Source: an uncultured delta proteobacterium (lineage in GTDB: Bacteria; Desulfobacterota; Binatia; UBA9968). From it: a stretch of DNA of 64,000 nucleotides. Location of the stretch: contig CAWJZV010000004.1 of NCBI GenBank assembly GCA_963847445.1, forward strand, positions 32,001 through 96,000, given 5' to 3'. Below, piece by piece: positions 10,489-20,058 of this stretch (position 1 is the first letter of the stretch; the number at the start of each line of letters is the position of its first letter). The translations under genes were made by a program, and so were the position numbers. The notes below the pieces were generated by a model. That model did no database searches. It was not told the origin of the DNA and saw only the letters and a program-made list of their open reading frames with translations.

Positions 10489-11729
10489 TTAAGATTTCGC
10501 CACTTCTTCCTTTTTCCGGTTGCAAATATCCAGCGCCGCCATGGCGTAGACTTTCGTGCAGTTCACCATGTTCGAGATGCCGACGCCGCGGCGCACGCCG
10601 GTGGGCGAATCCCACTCTTCGCCCGCTTTGGTTTCGGTCGGATCGACCAGATGGGTGCCGAAGCCTGGACCGTAGGTGATCGCCGGCACGCCGTACTGGG
10701 CGATGCGCGAGCCGTCGCTGGTGATGCCGTAACGGATCGGTTTGGCGTAGGGCACCGGTCCTTTGAATACCGTGCTTGTGGGCGCTCTCCATGACTTTCA
10801 CCAGAGGTTCGCTCTTGGAGATCTCATAGCCGGGCGTGGTCAGATAGAGTTCGACGCGAATGTCGAGAATATCCGGTTCGCGCTTGCGTACTTTTTCACA
10901 GACCGCTTCGATGTCGCGCTTGATCGCCAACGGCACGGCATCCGGCAGCATCTTGACGATGACGAAAATGTCGGTCGTCGGACGGGTCCCAGGCTTGAAT
11001 GCATTGCCGCCGTCGATGGCGCCGATTTGCACGGTGGGCAGCATGAACTTGTGGGGATTTTTGCGCTGGTATTCTCTCTCCCAATCTTGAATCGCTTGGG
11101 CGACTTTGCAGGCGGCGAGAACGAATTTCGTCGCCTTGCCGTCGACGCTCACCCGCGCCCAGAGCAGACCGGAGTTGCCGATTTGCAGTTGCAAGCCGGT
11201 GGGCTCGCCGATGATGCACATATCGGCCATCACGCCATGGTCCATCAAGTAGCGCGCGCCGACGCCGGCGCCGCGATACTCTTTGCCGTGGAAACGGCCG
11301 ATTTGCGCTTTTTCGATTTCGCCGACGACGCCGGAGATAATTAAATCGCCCTTGAGTTTCGCGCCGGCTTTTTGCAAGCGCCGACACCGCCTCGATGTAG
11401 CAGGGAAACGCCGCCTTCATGTTGACCAAACCGCGGCCGTAGATGCGATCCTCGTCGACCACGGTCTCCTGCGGCGCGTCGAAGTGATCCATATGCGCGT
11501 TGAACATCAAGGTCGCGCCGCCGCCGGTGCCTTTGAGCGTGCCGATGACATTGGGCCGGCCGTCTTCGACATATTGATACTCGACTTTCATGCCGAGTGT
11601 TTCGAACTCGCTGCCGAGATACTTGGCGACGTTTTCCTCGTCGCCGGTGATGCTGACGATGTTGGCGAGATTACACGCCATCTCGACGATGCGCTCGCGG
11701 TCGACTTGGTCCAAAACTTCTTGTTGCAT
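10489..11729 (-). CDS. M20/M25/M40 family metallo-hydrolase (ArgE/DapE-like), frameshifts near 11380 and 10765
   Basis: RPNVIGTLKGTGGGATLMFNAHMDH, IYGRGLVNMKA, IIGEPT, GITSDG, ITYGPG across three frames. Confidence 0.85.
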
Positions 11730-11848
11730 GGGAAACTCCTATTAATTGTTAAAAATTGTTTGGTCGTGAAACAATTTTTGTATCACAGCTAATCGCGCAC
11801 TGACAATAACGCGGGGAAAACTTTCTGTGCAGCCAGTCAGAAAGCATC

Positions 11849-11936
11849 CGTCATGCGGCGAAGGCCGGCATCCAGGAGGGGTCGGCCGGTTGGAACACCG
11901 AGTCGAGACCTGGATTCCGGTCTTCGCCTGCATGCG
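11849..11936. repeat. REP-like double-hairpin element (GTCAT family)
   Basis: CGTCATGCGGCGAAGGCCGGCATCCAGG ... CCTGGATTCCGGTCTTCGCCTGCATGCG. Confidence 0.7.
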
Positions 11937-12039
11937 AAACGAGAATTTCGACTTCGAATCGACACGATGAAAATCCCACGTTAGAGCCAGAGTGATCGGT
12001 TCCCGTCCACCGCCAATGTGCGCTGAGCACGCTGAGAAA

Positions 12040-13053
12040 TCACGGCAGTGGGCAAGGCCGCGTCAGCCGATTGACCTGCGGGATCACCTCGGCGCCAAAA
12101 CGCTCGATGGTTTCCAAGGCAAAGCGCGGGTCCATGCCCGGCCAGTCGACCATGAACCACATGACCTCGGTGTTAAACTCCTCGTAATAGGACATCACCT
12201 GCTCGACAACTTCGGCAGGGCTGCCAAGGATCAAGCGATCGCGCTTCAACTCGTCGAACTTGAGATCGTAGCGTTCACCCGGCTGGCCCCATTGCTGATA
12301 GCGCAAGTAACGCCGCTCGTAACCTTCGCGGATACGATCTTCAGCTTCGCGCGTGCTGTCGGCGATGCACAGATCGCGAAAAATAAACAAGCCTTTGTAC
12401 GGCCGCCCCTGCTTCTCCAGCGCCGCCTTGTAGACCGGCAACGCTTCGCGCAAGAAAGCTCTTCGAGTGGCGCCGGCTGGCGATCCAGTGGTCCGCCACC
12501 TCCGGCACTTTGGCGACGGTCTTGACGGAATCGGCGCCGAGCAAGATCGGCGGACCGGGACGCTGCACCGGCCTGGGCGCCATCGTCACTTTGTCGAGAT
12601 GAAAATACTTGCCGTGAAAGGTGACGACGTCCCCGGTCCAAAGCCGGCGGATAATCTCCAGACTCTCGACTAACCGGCCGCGCCGCTCGCGCAGATCGAT
12701 GCCGAAGGATTTGAACTCGCTTTCGCGATAACCCTGGCCGACGCCGAACAGCAGTTTGCCGCCGGACAGATTGTCCAGCGTCGACATGTACTCGGCGACC
12801 ATCACTGGATGGTGCAACGGCAAAAGAAAGATCGAAGTGCCGACGTACATGCCCGGCACCCGGCCGGCCAGATAAGACAACAACGGTATCGACTGCAAGA
12901 TCGCCGCATCCGGCCCGGTGAGAAAATGCTGGGCGACGAACAGCGCGTCGAAATTATTGCGCTGCGCCGCTGCGCCCGCTCGACAACCTGCTCACACACC
13001 TCCGCCGCCGGCAAATCCGACGGGTAACTGCCAAACTCAATCCCGAATCGCAT
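12040..13053 (-). CDS. LLM class flavin-dependent oxidoreductase (frameshifts near 12970 and 12450)
   Basis: MRFGIEFGSYP..., LPLHHPVMVAE...TLDNLSGG...FGVGQGYRESEF, PRPVQRPGPPI, ERFGAEVIP. Confidence 0.88.
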
Positions 13054-13374
13054 AGCTAACTCTCTCCTCACGATGGTCTTTGCGCAACCTAACGACCATG
13101 CTGCGCGCTCGCGCCACAAGTCAAACCGGGAAATGGCGCGCAGATATATTTCACGGCCGCCGCGATAAGCGACGAACTCGGCATTCAAACTTTTGTTTTC
13201 ATGCTTATCTTATCGGCATATATTGAAGCAAAAGCTTGGCCCTAAGGGCGGTTGAAAATGCTACGAAGACGCGACATTGACACAGGCCCAGCGCTTGGCG
13301 GTGCCCGACGACGACGGAGTTTGACGCTGCAATATTTTCCTGATTATTTGTTATCAAATTCAAAGGAGGTAGTT

Positions 13375-13641
13375 ATGACAAAGGGTAGATTTTCCCGGGG
13401 TTTGATGACCGCCATTATCGTCGGGGTGTTCGGGCTGGGTTATGTTTGCGGCTCGATGACGCAGCGGCATGCCGAGGCGCAGATCGGCGGGTTGCTGGAA
13501 AAAGCCGGCAAGGCAGGCGGCCCGGTCGGGTCGGTAGCCCAATTTGGTTCTTCGCTCGTCGAGATGCAGGACCATATTACTGGCTTACAGAAAAATCTCG
13601 ACACGTTTAAAAAGGTGCAATCATCCCTGACCGGTAAATAG
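13375..13641 (+). CDS. Small secreted or membrane-anchored hypothetical protein (88 aa)
   Basis: AGGAGGT RBS, ATG 13375, hydrophobic N-terminus ending AEA-Q, coiled-coil-like C-terminus. Confidence 0.8.
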   Translation: MTKGRFSRGLMTAIIVGVFGLGYVCGSMTQRHAEAQIGGLLEKAGKAGGPVGSVAQFGSSLVEMQDHITGLQKNLDTFKKVQSSLTGK

Positions 13642-13661
13642 CCGACCGATCTTGAGCCCAA

Positions 13662-13693
13662 CAGCGGCGTTGACTCCAACGTCAACGCCGCTG
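13662..13693. terminator. Perfect 13-bp hairpin downstream of the 13375 gene
   Basis: CAGCGGCGTTGAC-TCCAAC-GTCAACGCCGCTG; no U-tract, so function is uncertain. Confidence 0.45.
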
Positions 13694-13914
13694 GCGATGA
13701 TGCGAATTCCCCTCGTTCGTGCCGGGGGAAACAGGTATTACCGCCTCGACGAAAATTGGCTGGGATAGCGCTTGATACTTCGTACACATGGACAGAAGAT
13801 GGACAGTAAGTGCAAGGCCTTTAGGATTGAACAGTAGGAGAAGACAAATACAATCAGGTCCTAAAGCACGGCGCCGAGAGATGCGTAATCCACCGAACCG
13901 CATCAACCCCGCTT

Positions 13915-13980
13915 CTAAGCAAACGCCAACTCGACCTCGCGCGCTTCCATTTTAGCAACGTTTCCGCGCTTGACACCTGC
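13915..13980 (-). pseudogene. Orphan diverged duplicate of the NIPSNAP gene 3' end
   Basis: Translates AGVKRGNVAKMEAREVELAFA* versus GGVKLGGNVAKMEVREVEAAFA* of 14337..14627. Confidence 0.8.
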
Positions 13981-14009
13981 GCATAGCCGCCAAGGCACGC
14001 GCGGAGCAG

Positions 14010-14156
14010 TCATACTTCCCCTCTACCGTTACACTTACTGCACTTTCCGCTGCCATGGCAGGCTCCACAGCTTCCTGGCCCCGAACCGTTGTCGCCCGTC
14101 CCGCGACACGTTCCCTGACATCTACCGCTGCCTTCGCACAGGTTACATTTCGCCAT
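14010..14156 (-). CDS. 48-aa stand-alone DnaJ-type zinc-finger microprotein (4x CxxCxGxG-like), absent from the ORF track
   Basis: GAGGAG RBS then MAKCNLCEGSGRCQGTCRGTGDNGSGPGSCGACHGSGKCSKCNGRGEV*. Confidence 0.85.
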   Translation of the reverse strand: MAKCNLCEGSGRCQGTCRGTGDNGSGPGSCGACHGSGKCSKCNGRGEV

Positions 14157-14336
14157 TAGCTACTCCTCTTGATCGATCCCGTGTATGGGTAGGACGACGT
14201 TATTGACTAGTTGGACAAACTCTTAGACCGTCGCGTTCACAGGAAGAATTTCAGCGCTGACAGCCTCTTGCCCACTTAGGCAAAGCGGCTCCCTTACTCC
14301 TCTATTGAATTCTCGATCAGCCACCCAAAACCGATT

Positions 14337-14627
14337 TTACGCAAATGCCGCTTCGACTTCGCGCACTTCCATCTTGGCGACGTTGCCGCCGAGTTTCACT
14401 CCGCCGGCCGCCACCGCGGCTTGAAACTCTTTGCCCTTCGCTTCCATCTCCGCTTTGTCTTTGTAATTGCGAACCCAGATGAATTCGTTTTGCGGCCGAT
14501 TCACCCAGCTGCCGACGATGGGCACGCCGATCTTTTGGTGCAGCGTGACGATGTCATCCTTGAAGTGCTTGAGAAAATTGTCCATCTCGCCCTTGTTGAT
14601 CGTGTAAATGCGAATCTGCGATATCAT
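14337..14627 (-). CDS. NIPSNAP family protein
   Basis: GGAGG RBS; MISQIRIYTINKGEMDNF...IVGSW...NEFIWVR. Confidence 0.85.
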   Translation of the reverse strand: MISQIRIYTINKGEMDNFLKHFKDDIVTLHQKIGVPIVGSWVNRPQNEFIWVRNYKDKAEMEAKGKEFQAAVAAGGVKLGGNVAKMEVREVEAAFA

Positions 14628-14785
14628 TTTGCTTTCCTCCAATTTGTCTAGGTTTCCCACTGCTCGGCCGCCACAGCGTGGAAACTACCCGAGTCTATCG
14701 CTGCCAGTCAAACGAATTTAATCGCGCCGTTCACGAGCGCAGCGCGCCAACTTCTTGGAGCCGAGAACCTTCGGATTCGGATCTT

Positions 14786-14950
14786 TTCTCCCGCAATGGC
14801 GCAAAGACGCTAAGTGACAGGCCAGAGGCTTGTCATCCCGAGAGAATGCGAGGGATCTAAAAAAGGATTTCCCTCTGCGTCCGAAATGACAATGTCTTCC
14901 CTTTGCGCCTTTGCGCCTTTGCGCCTTCGCGCCTTCGCGCCTTTGCGAGT
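14786..14950. repeat. Composite palindromic repeat related to copies A and B
   Basis: CTCCCGCAATGGCGCAAAGACGCTAAG arm, inner GTCATCCCGAG...GAGGGATCT...CGAAATGAC, then tandem CTTTGCGC/CTTCGCGC units. Confidence 0.75.
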
Positions 14951-15009
14951 TAATCCGATCCTTTTTTTGCGCCCTTTGCGGTTAATACTCCGATTCCGAA
15001 TTCATGCGG

Positions 15010-15038
15010 TTGACGCCTTCAATCATTTTGCCTAAATT
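15010..15038 (+). promoter_or_regulatory. Putative sigma70 promoter; near-leaderless transcript
   Basis: TTGACG-17 bp-TAAATT ending 9 bp before ATG 15048; no Shine-Dalgarno sequence. Confidence 0.45.
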
Positions 15039-15047
15039 GTAGCCTCG

Positions 15048-15644
15048 ATGAAAATTGCTTTGGATATCGACGGCGTGCTGGCGGATTTCGTCACGCCGTT
15101 TTTACAACTGCTCGAACGGCGCGTCGGTGGCCCATCCATCGACCCGGCTTCCATCACCGATCCCAACTTTCAACATCATCCGTTTCTGACCAAGGAACTG
15201 GTTTACGACTGCATGGTCGACACGTCCTACGATGCCGAGTTCTGGCGCGGGCTCTCGCCGCTGCCGTCGCTGGACCAGTGGCAAGCGCTCAACCAGGTGA
15301 GCCGCGACAACGAAGTGGTCTTCATCACTCACCGTTGGGTGCGCGACAGCTACGATATCAACCAAGTCACGTGCGACTGGCTGCGCCGCCATGGCATCGA
15401 CAGCCCCGTGGTCCATTTCACCCAAGAAGTGAAATCGCAGCTGGTGCAGAAACTAGCGGTCGAACTGTTCGTCGACGACCGCCACGAAAACTGCGAAGAC
15501 GTGGCGACGCAAACCGAGGCCGTCGTCATGATGCCGCACCGGCCATACAACCGAGCATTCACCCATCCGAAAGTGCAGCGCATCGAAGATTTAAGACGAA
15601 CTGTTCGTTATCTTGGATCGGAGATTGCACCGCCGAGGCGCTGA
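15048..15644 (+). CDS. HAD-superfamily 5'(3')-deoxyribonucleotidase (NT5C-like)
   Basis: MKIALDIDGVLAD, FITHR, FVDDRHEN, PYNR; the extreme C-terminus may be frameshifted. Confidence 0.85.
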   Translation: MKIALDIDGVLADFVTPFLQLLERRVGGPSIDPASITDPNFQHHPFLTKELVYDCMVDTSYDAEFWRGLSPLPSLDQWQALNQVSRDNEVVFITHRWVRDSYDINQVTCDWLRRHGIDSPVVHFTQEVKSQLVQKLAVELFVDDRHENCEDVATQTEAVVMMPHRPYNRAFTHPKVQRIEDLRRTVRYLGSEIAPPRR

Positions 15645-15733
15645 GATCGCGGCGGCGGATTCGCTGCGGTGAAGACTTCTTCACGCGCAATCCGGAAGAA
15701 GCCAAATAGGTGAGATGACAACGGAGGACACTC

Positions 15734-16483
15734 ATGGGAGCCATCGATAATAAAGTAGCCATCGTCACCGGCGGCGGCGGCGGCATCGGCGGCGCCATCG
15801 TTCAGCGCTTCGCCCGCGAAGGCGCCAAGCTCGCGGTCGCCGATATCAACCCGCAGGCGGCCCAAGCGCGCGTCAAAGAGGTCGCCGACCGCGGCAGCGA
15901 CGCCATCGCCATCACCAGCGACGTGACCAACAAAAAATCGGTGCAGGACATGGTCAAGGCGACCCTCGACCGTTGGGGCAAGATCGACATCCTGGTCAAC
16001 GTCGCCGGCGGCGCGCAGAGAAAAAACGTTGTCGATATCACTGCTGAAGACTGGGACCATGTCGTCAACATGAATTTGAAGTCGGTATTCCTCTGCTCCC
16101 AAGCGGTGCTGCCGACCATGCTCAAAGCCAAGTACGGCAAGATCGTCAGCATCTCGTCGATCTATGGCTTCGCCGGTAATGCCACCAGGTCGAGCTACGC
16201 CGCCGCCAAAGCCGGCGTCGCGGTATTCACCAAATCCCTCGCCCTCGAACATGTCAAAGACGGCATCAACATCAACGCCATCGCGCCCGGCAGAATCGAG
16301 ACTCCAGCGGTGCGCGGCCACTACTCCGACGAAGCCTGGGCCGCCGCCGAGGCGCAGATTCCCATGGGCCGCACCGGCAAGCCGGAAAACATCGCCAGCG
16401 CCGCGATCTTTTTAGTCCAAGACGAAAACAACTACATCACCGGGCAAACGATCCATGTGAATGGCGCATGGTTGAACTGGTAG
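15734..16483 (+). CDS. SDR family NAD(P)-dependent oxidoreductase (FabG-like)
   Basis: TGGGGGIG, NVAG, YAAAK, INAIAPG, ITGQTIHVNG. Confidence 0.93.
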   Translation: MGAIDNKVAIVTGGGGGIGGAIVQRFAREGAKLAVADINPQAAQARVKEVADRGSDAIAITSDVTNKKSVQDMVKATLDRWGKIDILVNVAGGAQRKNVVDITAEDWDHVVNMNLKSVFLCSQAVLPTMLKAKYGKIVSISSIYGFAGNATRSSYAAAKAGVAVFTKSLALEHVKDGININAIAPGRIETPAVRGHYSDEAWAAAEAQIPMGRTGKPENIASAAIFLVQDENNYITGQTIHVNGAWLNW

Positions 16484-16496
16484 AAAAGAAACAGCC

Positions 16497-16590
16497 GTTC
16501 AAAAGTTCAAGGGTTCAAGGTTCAATCACGTGCTCGGAACAGTCCGGGGAAGTTTCTGACCTTGAACTTTTGAACCATTGAACCTTGAAC
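16497..16590. repeat. Inverted tandem GTTCAA/TTGAAC arms
   Basis: GTTCAAAAGTTCAAGGGTTCAAGGTTCAA ... TTGAACTTTTGAACCATTGAACCTTGAAC. Confidence 0.85.
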
Positions 16591-16615
16591 ACCGACGACG
16601 AAGGAGGAGTAAATC

Positions 16616-17341
16616 ATGTACGGATGGAGAGTAAGAATTGGCCATGTCGCGCCGTCGCGCGGCGACACCTTGGTCTATGAGTTCTATCAAATGCTGCCGG
16701 CGGGCTTCATGATGCTCAATAGCACCGGCACGATTCGCCAGTTGGTCGATGCCGACTTGGAGCGGCAGCTGCAACGCATCGAAGAAGCGGCGGCGGACCT
16801 GGTCGACAACAAGTGCGACTCGGTGATCATTGGCGGCTCGCCGCTGTTCACGAAACTTGGGTATGGCAGCGATATCGAGATGGGCAAGCGGCTCAGCGAC
16901 AAGTACGGCGTGCCGGTTTCCCCCGGCATCACCGGCGAGATCAAAGCGCTCAAATCGCTCGGCCTCAACAAGCTCGTCGTCGCCACGCCCCATGAAGACA
17001 CGCTCAACGAGCGCATGAAAGCGTTTCTCGAAGCGTCAGGTTTCAAAGTGCTAAAAATTCAAGGCTACGGCGTGCGCAAGAACGCCGACATCACCGACAT
17101 GGATGAGCACGCGGCCTACAAGATCGCCAAGCGGCTCTACGAATCGGCGCCGGAAGCCGACGGCGTCTTCGTCCCCTGCCCGCGCTGGCCGACGATCACC
17201 GATGTCGACCTGCTAGAGCGCGAGATCGGCAAGCCGGTGATCACCAGTTCCCAGGCTTATATCTGGCACGCGCTGAAGATGGCCAAGGTGAAGCAAGAAG
17301 TGAGCGGTTACGGAAGATTGATGGCATCGCTGGCGAACTGA
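16616..17341 (+). CDS. Maleate isomerase / arylmalonate decarboxylase-like protein (Asp/Glu racemase superfamily)
   Basis: MYGWRVRIGHVAPS, LVVATPH, ADGVFVPCP, EIGKPVITSSQA; strong RBS. Confidence 0.85.
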   Translation: MYGWRVRIGHVAPSRGDTLVYEFYQMLPAGFMMLNSTGTIRQLVDADLERQLQRIEEAAADLVDNKCDSVIIGGSPLFTKLGYGSDIEMGKRLSDKYGVPVSPGITGEIKALKSLGLNKLVVATPHEDTLNERMKAFLEASGFKVLKIQGYGVRKNADITDMDEHAAYKIAKRLYESAPEADGVFVPCPRWPTITDVDLLEREIGKPVITSSQAYIWHALKMAKVKQEVSGYGRLMASLAN

Positions 17342-17346
17342 CGTTT

Positions 17347-17375
17347 CGTCATACCGGCGAAAGCCGGTATCCAGG
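17347..17375. repeat. Single REP unit (GTCAT family)
   Basis: CGTCATACCGGCGAAAGCCGGTATCCAGG. Confidence 0.8.
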
Positions 17376-17389
17376 AGTTGGGCGGGTAT

Positions 17390-17426
17390 AACAAAGGGCG
17401 AGTGAATGAATCACTCGCCCTTTGTT
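17390..17426. terminator. Perfect 16-bp hairpin between convergent genes
   Basis: AACAAAGGGCGAGTGA-ATGAA-TCACTCGCCCTTTGTT. Confidence 0.65.
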
Positions 17427-17454
17427 TCGCAAAAACTATGACCTGGCTGAGCCG

Positions 17455-18187
17455 CTATTTTTTCCGGCTGCCGAACACTTCCTTCAACAAATCGGTCACC
17501 CGCGCTGCCGGATTGGTTCTGATTTTTTTCTCTTCCTGGGCGACCACGAAGAAGATGCCGTCGGTGGTTTTCTCGGTGACATATTGGTTGACGTCGAAGG
17601 CGATGTTTTTGGAGAACGGCACGTCTTTATACTTGCCGACCAGGGCGTTGTACTGCTGGTTGACGCCGACCTGATTCATCACGTCGGTGACCGACGGCTT
17701 GAACGCCGTCTGCAGCTTCTTGGAAGTCTTCGCCTTTGAAGTAATCCGTCGCCGCGGTGTCGCTGCCGTTCAAGATCTTGCGCGCGTCGTCGAAGCTCAT
17801 CTCGCCGATGGCGTTCCAAAAAATATCCTTCGCGAAGGGCACGGCCTTTTCCGCCGCCCGGTTCATGCCGACGATGAACTCGTCGATCTGCGGCCCGTAG
17901 CCGACCAGACGCAGCGGTTGCTCCATCGTCTGCAAGGGTTTGGGCATGAGAATCTTGATCGCTTTATTCATTAAAAAGCCGTCGATGGAGCTGGTCTGTT
18001 GCACTGCGTTCTCGGTGCCGACCTTGAGCGCCTCCTGGAGACCGGAGCCGACCTTGGCGTCGCTCAAACCGCCCACGCTGGGCAGCTTACCGCCAAAATC
18101 CTTCAACAGTTTATCGAATTGCGCCGCCGCCGGATGCACCGCTAATAAGCAAAACAGTATCGTCAACCACCCTTTGATCATTTCCAT
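17455..18187 (-). CDS. DUF4197 domain protein (frameshift near 17730)
   Basis: [67 protein letters not shown]. Confidence 0.9.
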
Positions 18188-18231
18188 CTCCTGTGACGCT
18201 GTTCGGAAACCAAATCGGTTGGACCACCGCG

Positions 18232-18633
18232 CTACAATAGCTCTTTCGAGCGGCGCGGCGAGTCAAGAATATCGCCCAGCTTAAAATCGTTGATCGCCGC
18301 GGCGAAACCGGCGTCGATAATCAAGTTGATAATCTCCTCTTGAGCGTCCCGCGGCGACAAGCGAAACGCGGTGCGCAACGGCGGGATCGCCTGACGCCAT
18401 TTGCTCTGGCTCAGATAGGCGCGGCCAAGGTAGAAAAAAGCCTGTCCGTCCCTTGGATTGTCATGGGTCGCATCCTCAAGATAGGGAATCGCCTCGGCGA
18501 AGCGGCCTTGCTGGAAAAGTGTCAAGCCGGTGTCAAAAACGTCGCGCCGCGAACCCCAGCGGTCCATGGACGAACAAGATGTGAGGAATACCAAACTTAA
18601 GGCGATGCCCACCAGTGCGAAACGATTTCTCAT
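18232..18633 (-). CDS. Tetratricopeptide-repeat lipoprotein
   Basis: Lipobox LTSC; TPR helices GRFAEAIPYLE...AFFYLGRAYLSQSKWRQAI. Confidence 0.8.
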   Translation of the reverse strand: MRNRFALVGIALSLVFLTSCSSMDRWGSRRDVFDTGLTLFQQGRFAEAIPYLEDATHDNPRDGQAFFYLGRAYLSQSKWRQAIPPLRTAFRLSPRDAQEEIINLIIDAGFAAAINDFKLGDILDSPRRSKELL

Positions 18634-18664
18634 TGGACTCACCCTCCTAATGGGTGTTAGACGC

Positions 18665-18706
18665 AAAAAAGCCCCTAATCTTAGCGGACCAGCCAAGATT
18701 GGGGCT
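18665..18706 (-). terminator. Rho-independent terminator after grxD
   Basis: Stem AGCCCC(T)AATCTT / AAGATTGGGGCT followed by a T6 tract on the minus strand. Confidence 0.7.
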
Positions 18707-18711
18707 GTTTC

Positions 18712-19035
18712 TTACTTCGCAAATGCGGTCTTCAGCAGCGGTTCGAGCTCGCCACGTTCGTGCAGCTCGTGCAGGATGTCGCAGCCGCCGACGAACTTGC
18801 CGTCGATGTAAACCTGCGGAATGGTCGGCCAGTTCGAGTAGCGCTTGATGCCTTCGCGCACCGCCGAGTCGGCGAGCACGTCATCACTGGCGAAGGGAAA
18901 CCCGTAGGACTTGAGGATCTCCACGGTATGCGCCGAAAAGCCGCACTGGGGAAAATCCGGCGTGCCCTTCATATAGACCATGACTTTGTTGTTCTTAACT
19001 TTTTCGTCAATCTTGCTGATCGTATCTTCTGCCAT
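18712..19035 (-). CDS. grxD: Grx4 family monothiol glutaredoxin
   Basis: [32 protein letters not shown]. Confidence 0.96.
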   Translation of the reverse strand: MAEDTISKIDEKVKNNKVMVYMKGTPDFPQCGFSAHTVEILKSYGFPFASDDVLADSAVREGIKRYSNWPTIPQVYIDGKFVGGCDILHELHERGELEPLLKTAFAK

Positions 19036-19062
19036 AACTATCTCTCCTTCTTACGTTAGAAA

Positions 19063-19317
19063 CTACGCCCCCAGCTTTTCCCACTGGGCCGGACTATAGG
19101 TCTTGAGCGATAGCGCGTGAATGCGCTGGTCGGCCAATGGCTCCTTGAGCACCTCGTTGACCATGCGGTGTTGTTCGAGCAACCCTTTGCCGTCAAAGGC
19201 CGCCGACACGATAATGACTTGCCAGTGATCGCCGCCGCCGGTCAAATCCTGCGTTTCCACCAGCGACACCGGCAGTCCTTTGGACAATGTTTCTTTGATT
19301 TCGTCAGGACTAATCAT
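19063..19317 (-). CDS. BolA/IbaG family protein
   Basis: GGGDHWQVIIVS...QHRMV...IHALSLKT; adjacent to grxD. Confidence 0.93.
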   Translation of the reverse strand: MISPDEIKETLSKGLPVSLVETQDLTGGGDHWQVIIVSAAFDGKGLLEQHRMVNEVLKEPLADQRIHALSLKTYSPAQWEKLGA

Positions 19318-19385
19318 GGAGAAATCTTACCGGCAACCAAGCCCGCTTGCAACCGTCGGGTCGTGGTTCAGTTTCACAAGAAAAC

Positions 19386-19447
19386 CGTAGGGGCGACCCT
19401 GTGTGGGCGCCCGTCCGAGAGGGCAGACACACAGGTCTGCCCCTACG
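19386..19447. repeat. GTAG-family REP doublet
   Basis: CGTAGGGGCGACCCTGTGTGGGCGCCC ... GGGCAGACACACAGGTCTGCCCCTACG. Confidence 0.8.
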
Positions 19448-19507
19448 TTGATGCGTCGTAGAACCAAATTAAACATTCCCAACCGGTGCACCTGCGCACG
19501 ACAATTT

Positions 19508-20011
19508 CTACCCCACCGGGCCTTCGTAGTCCGGCCGTACTTTGCGCAGCATGGCGCGCAAATCGGCGCGCAGTTCGTCGAGGGTCGGCCGGCCGAGATA
19601 CCAGTAGCCGTTGTATAAATTATGAATCGTCAGGTCCGGCATCAATGAGAAACTATGCGGCATCGCCGTCACCCCCCTGCTCTTGGAGGTCTCGGTCATG
19701 TCGAGCAGCTTGACGACTTTGCGCTCTTGATCGCTCAGGAAAGGAAACTGCGCGCCCAGGCCGGTGCGAAAGGCATCGTTGATATCGGGCGAATCGACAC
19801 AGCAGACCGCGAGCTTGCAATAATTGATCGCTAGCTCCTCTTGAAGTTCAACGTAATGGCGCAACTGCACCTGGCATTTGCCTCACCAGTAACCCCGGTA
19901 AAAAGTCAGGATGAAGGGGAACTTGCCGACCAGGTCGGATAACTTGACCGGCTGGCCTTCATGGTCGGGCAACTCGATATCGGGAAACTTTTGACCGATC
20001 TTGAGATTCAT
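19508..20011 (-). CDS. AhpC/TSA-type redoxin selenoprotein (in-frame UGA at 19883-19885, UxxC)
   Basis: GGAGG RBS, MNLKIGQKFPDIELPDHEGQPVKLSDLVGKFPFILTFYRGYW-TGA-GKCQVQLRHY... in one continuous frame; TGA occupies the first Cys of the usual WCxxC motif. Confidence 0.88.
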
Positions 20012-20058
20012 ACTGCCTCCCTCTGGTTTAGGTACGGAATGTGAATTGGCGTCGAAGT

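Noticed and set aside
13915-14400. Diversity-generating retroelement template/variable repeat pair
   Set aside because: Differences between the two NIPSNAP ends are mostly synonymous and not restricted to adenines, and no reverse transcriptase is present.
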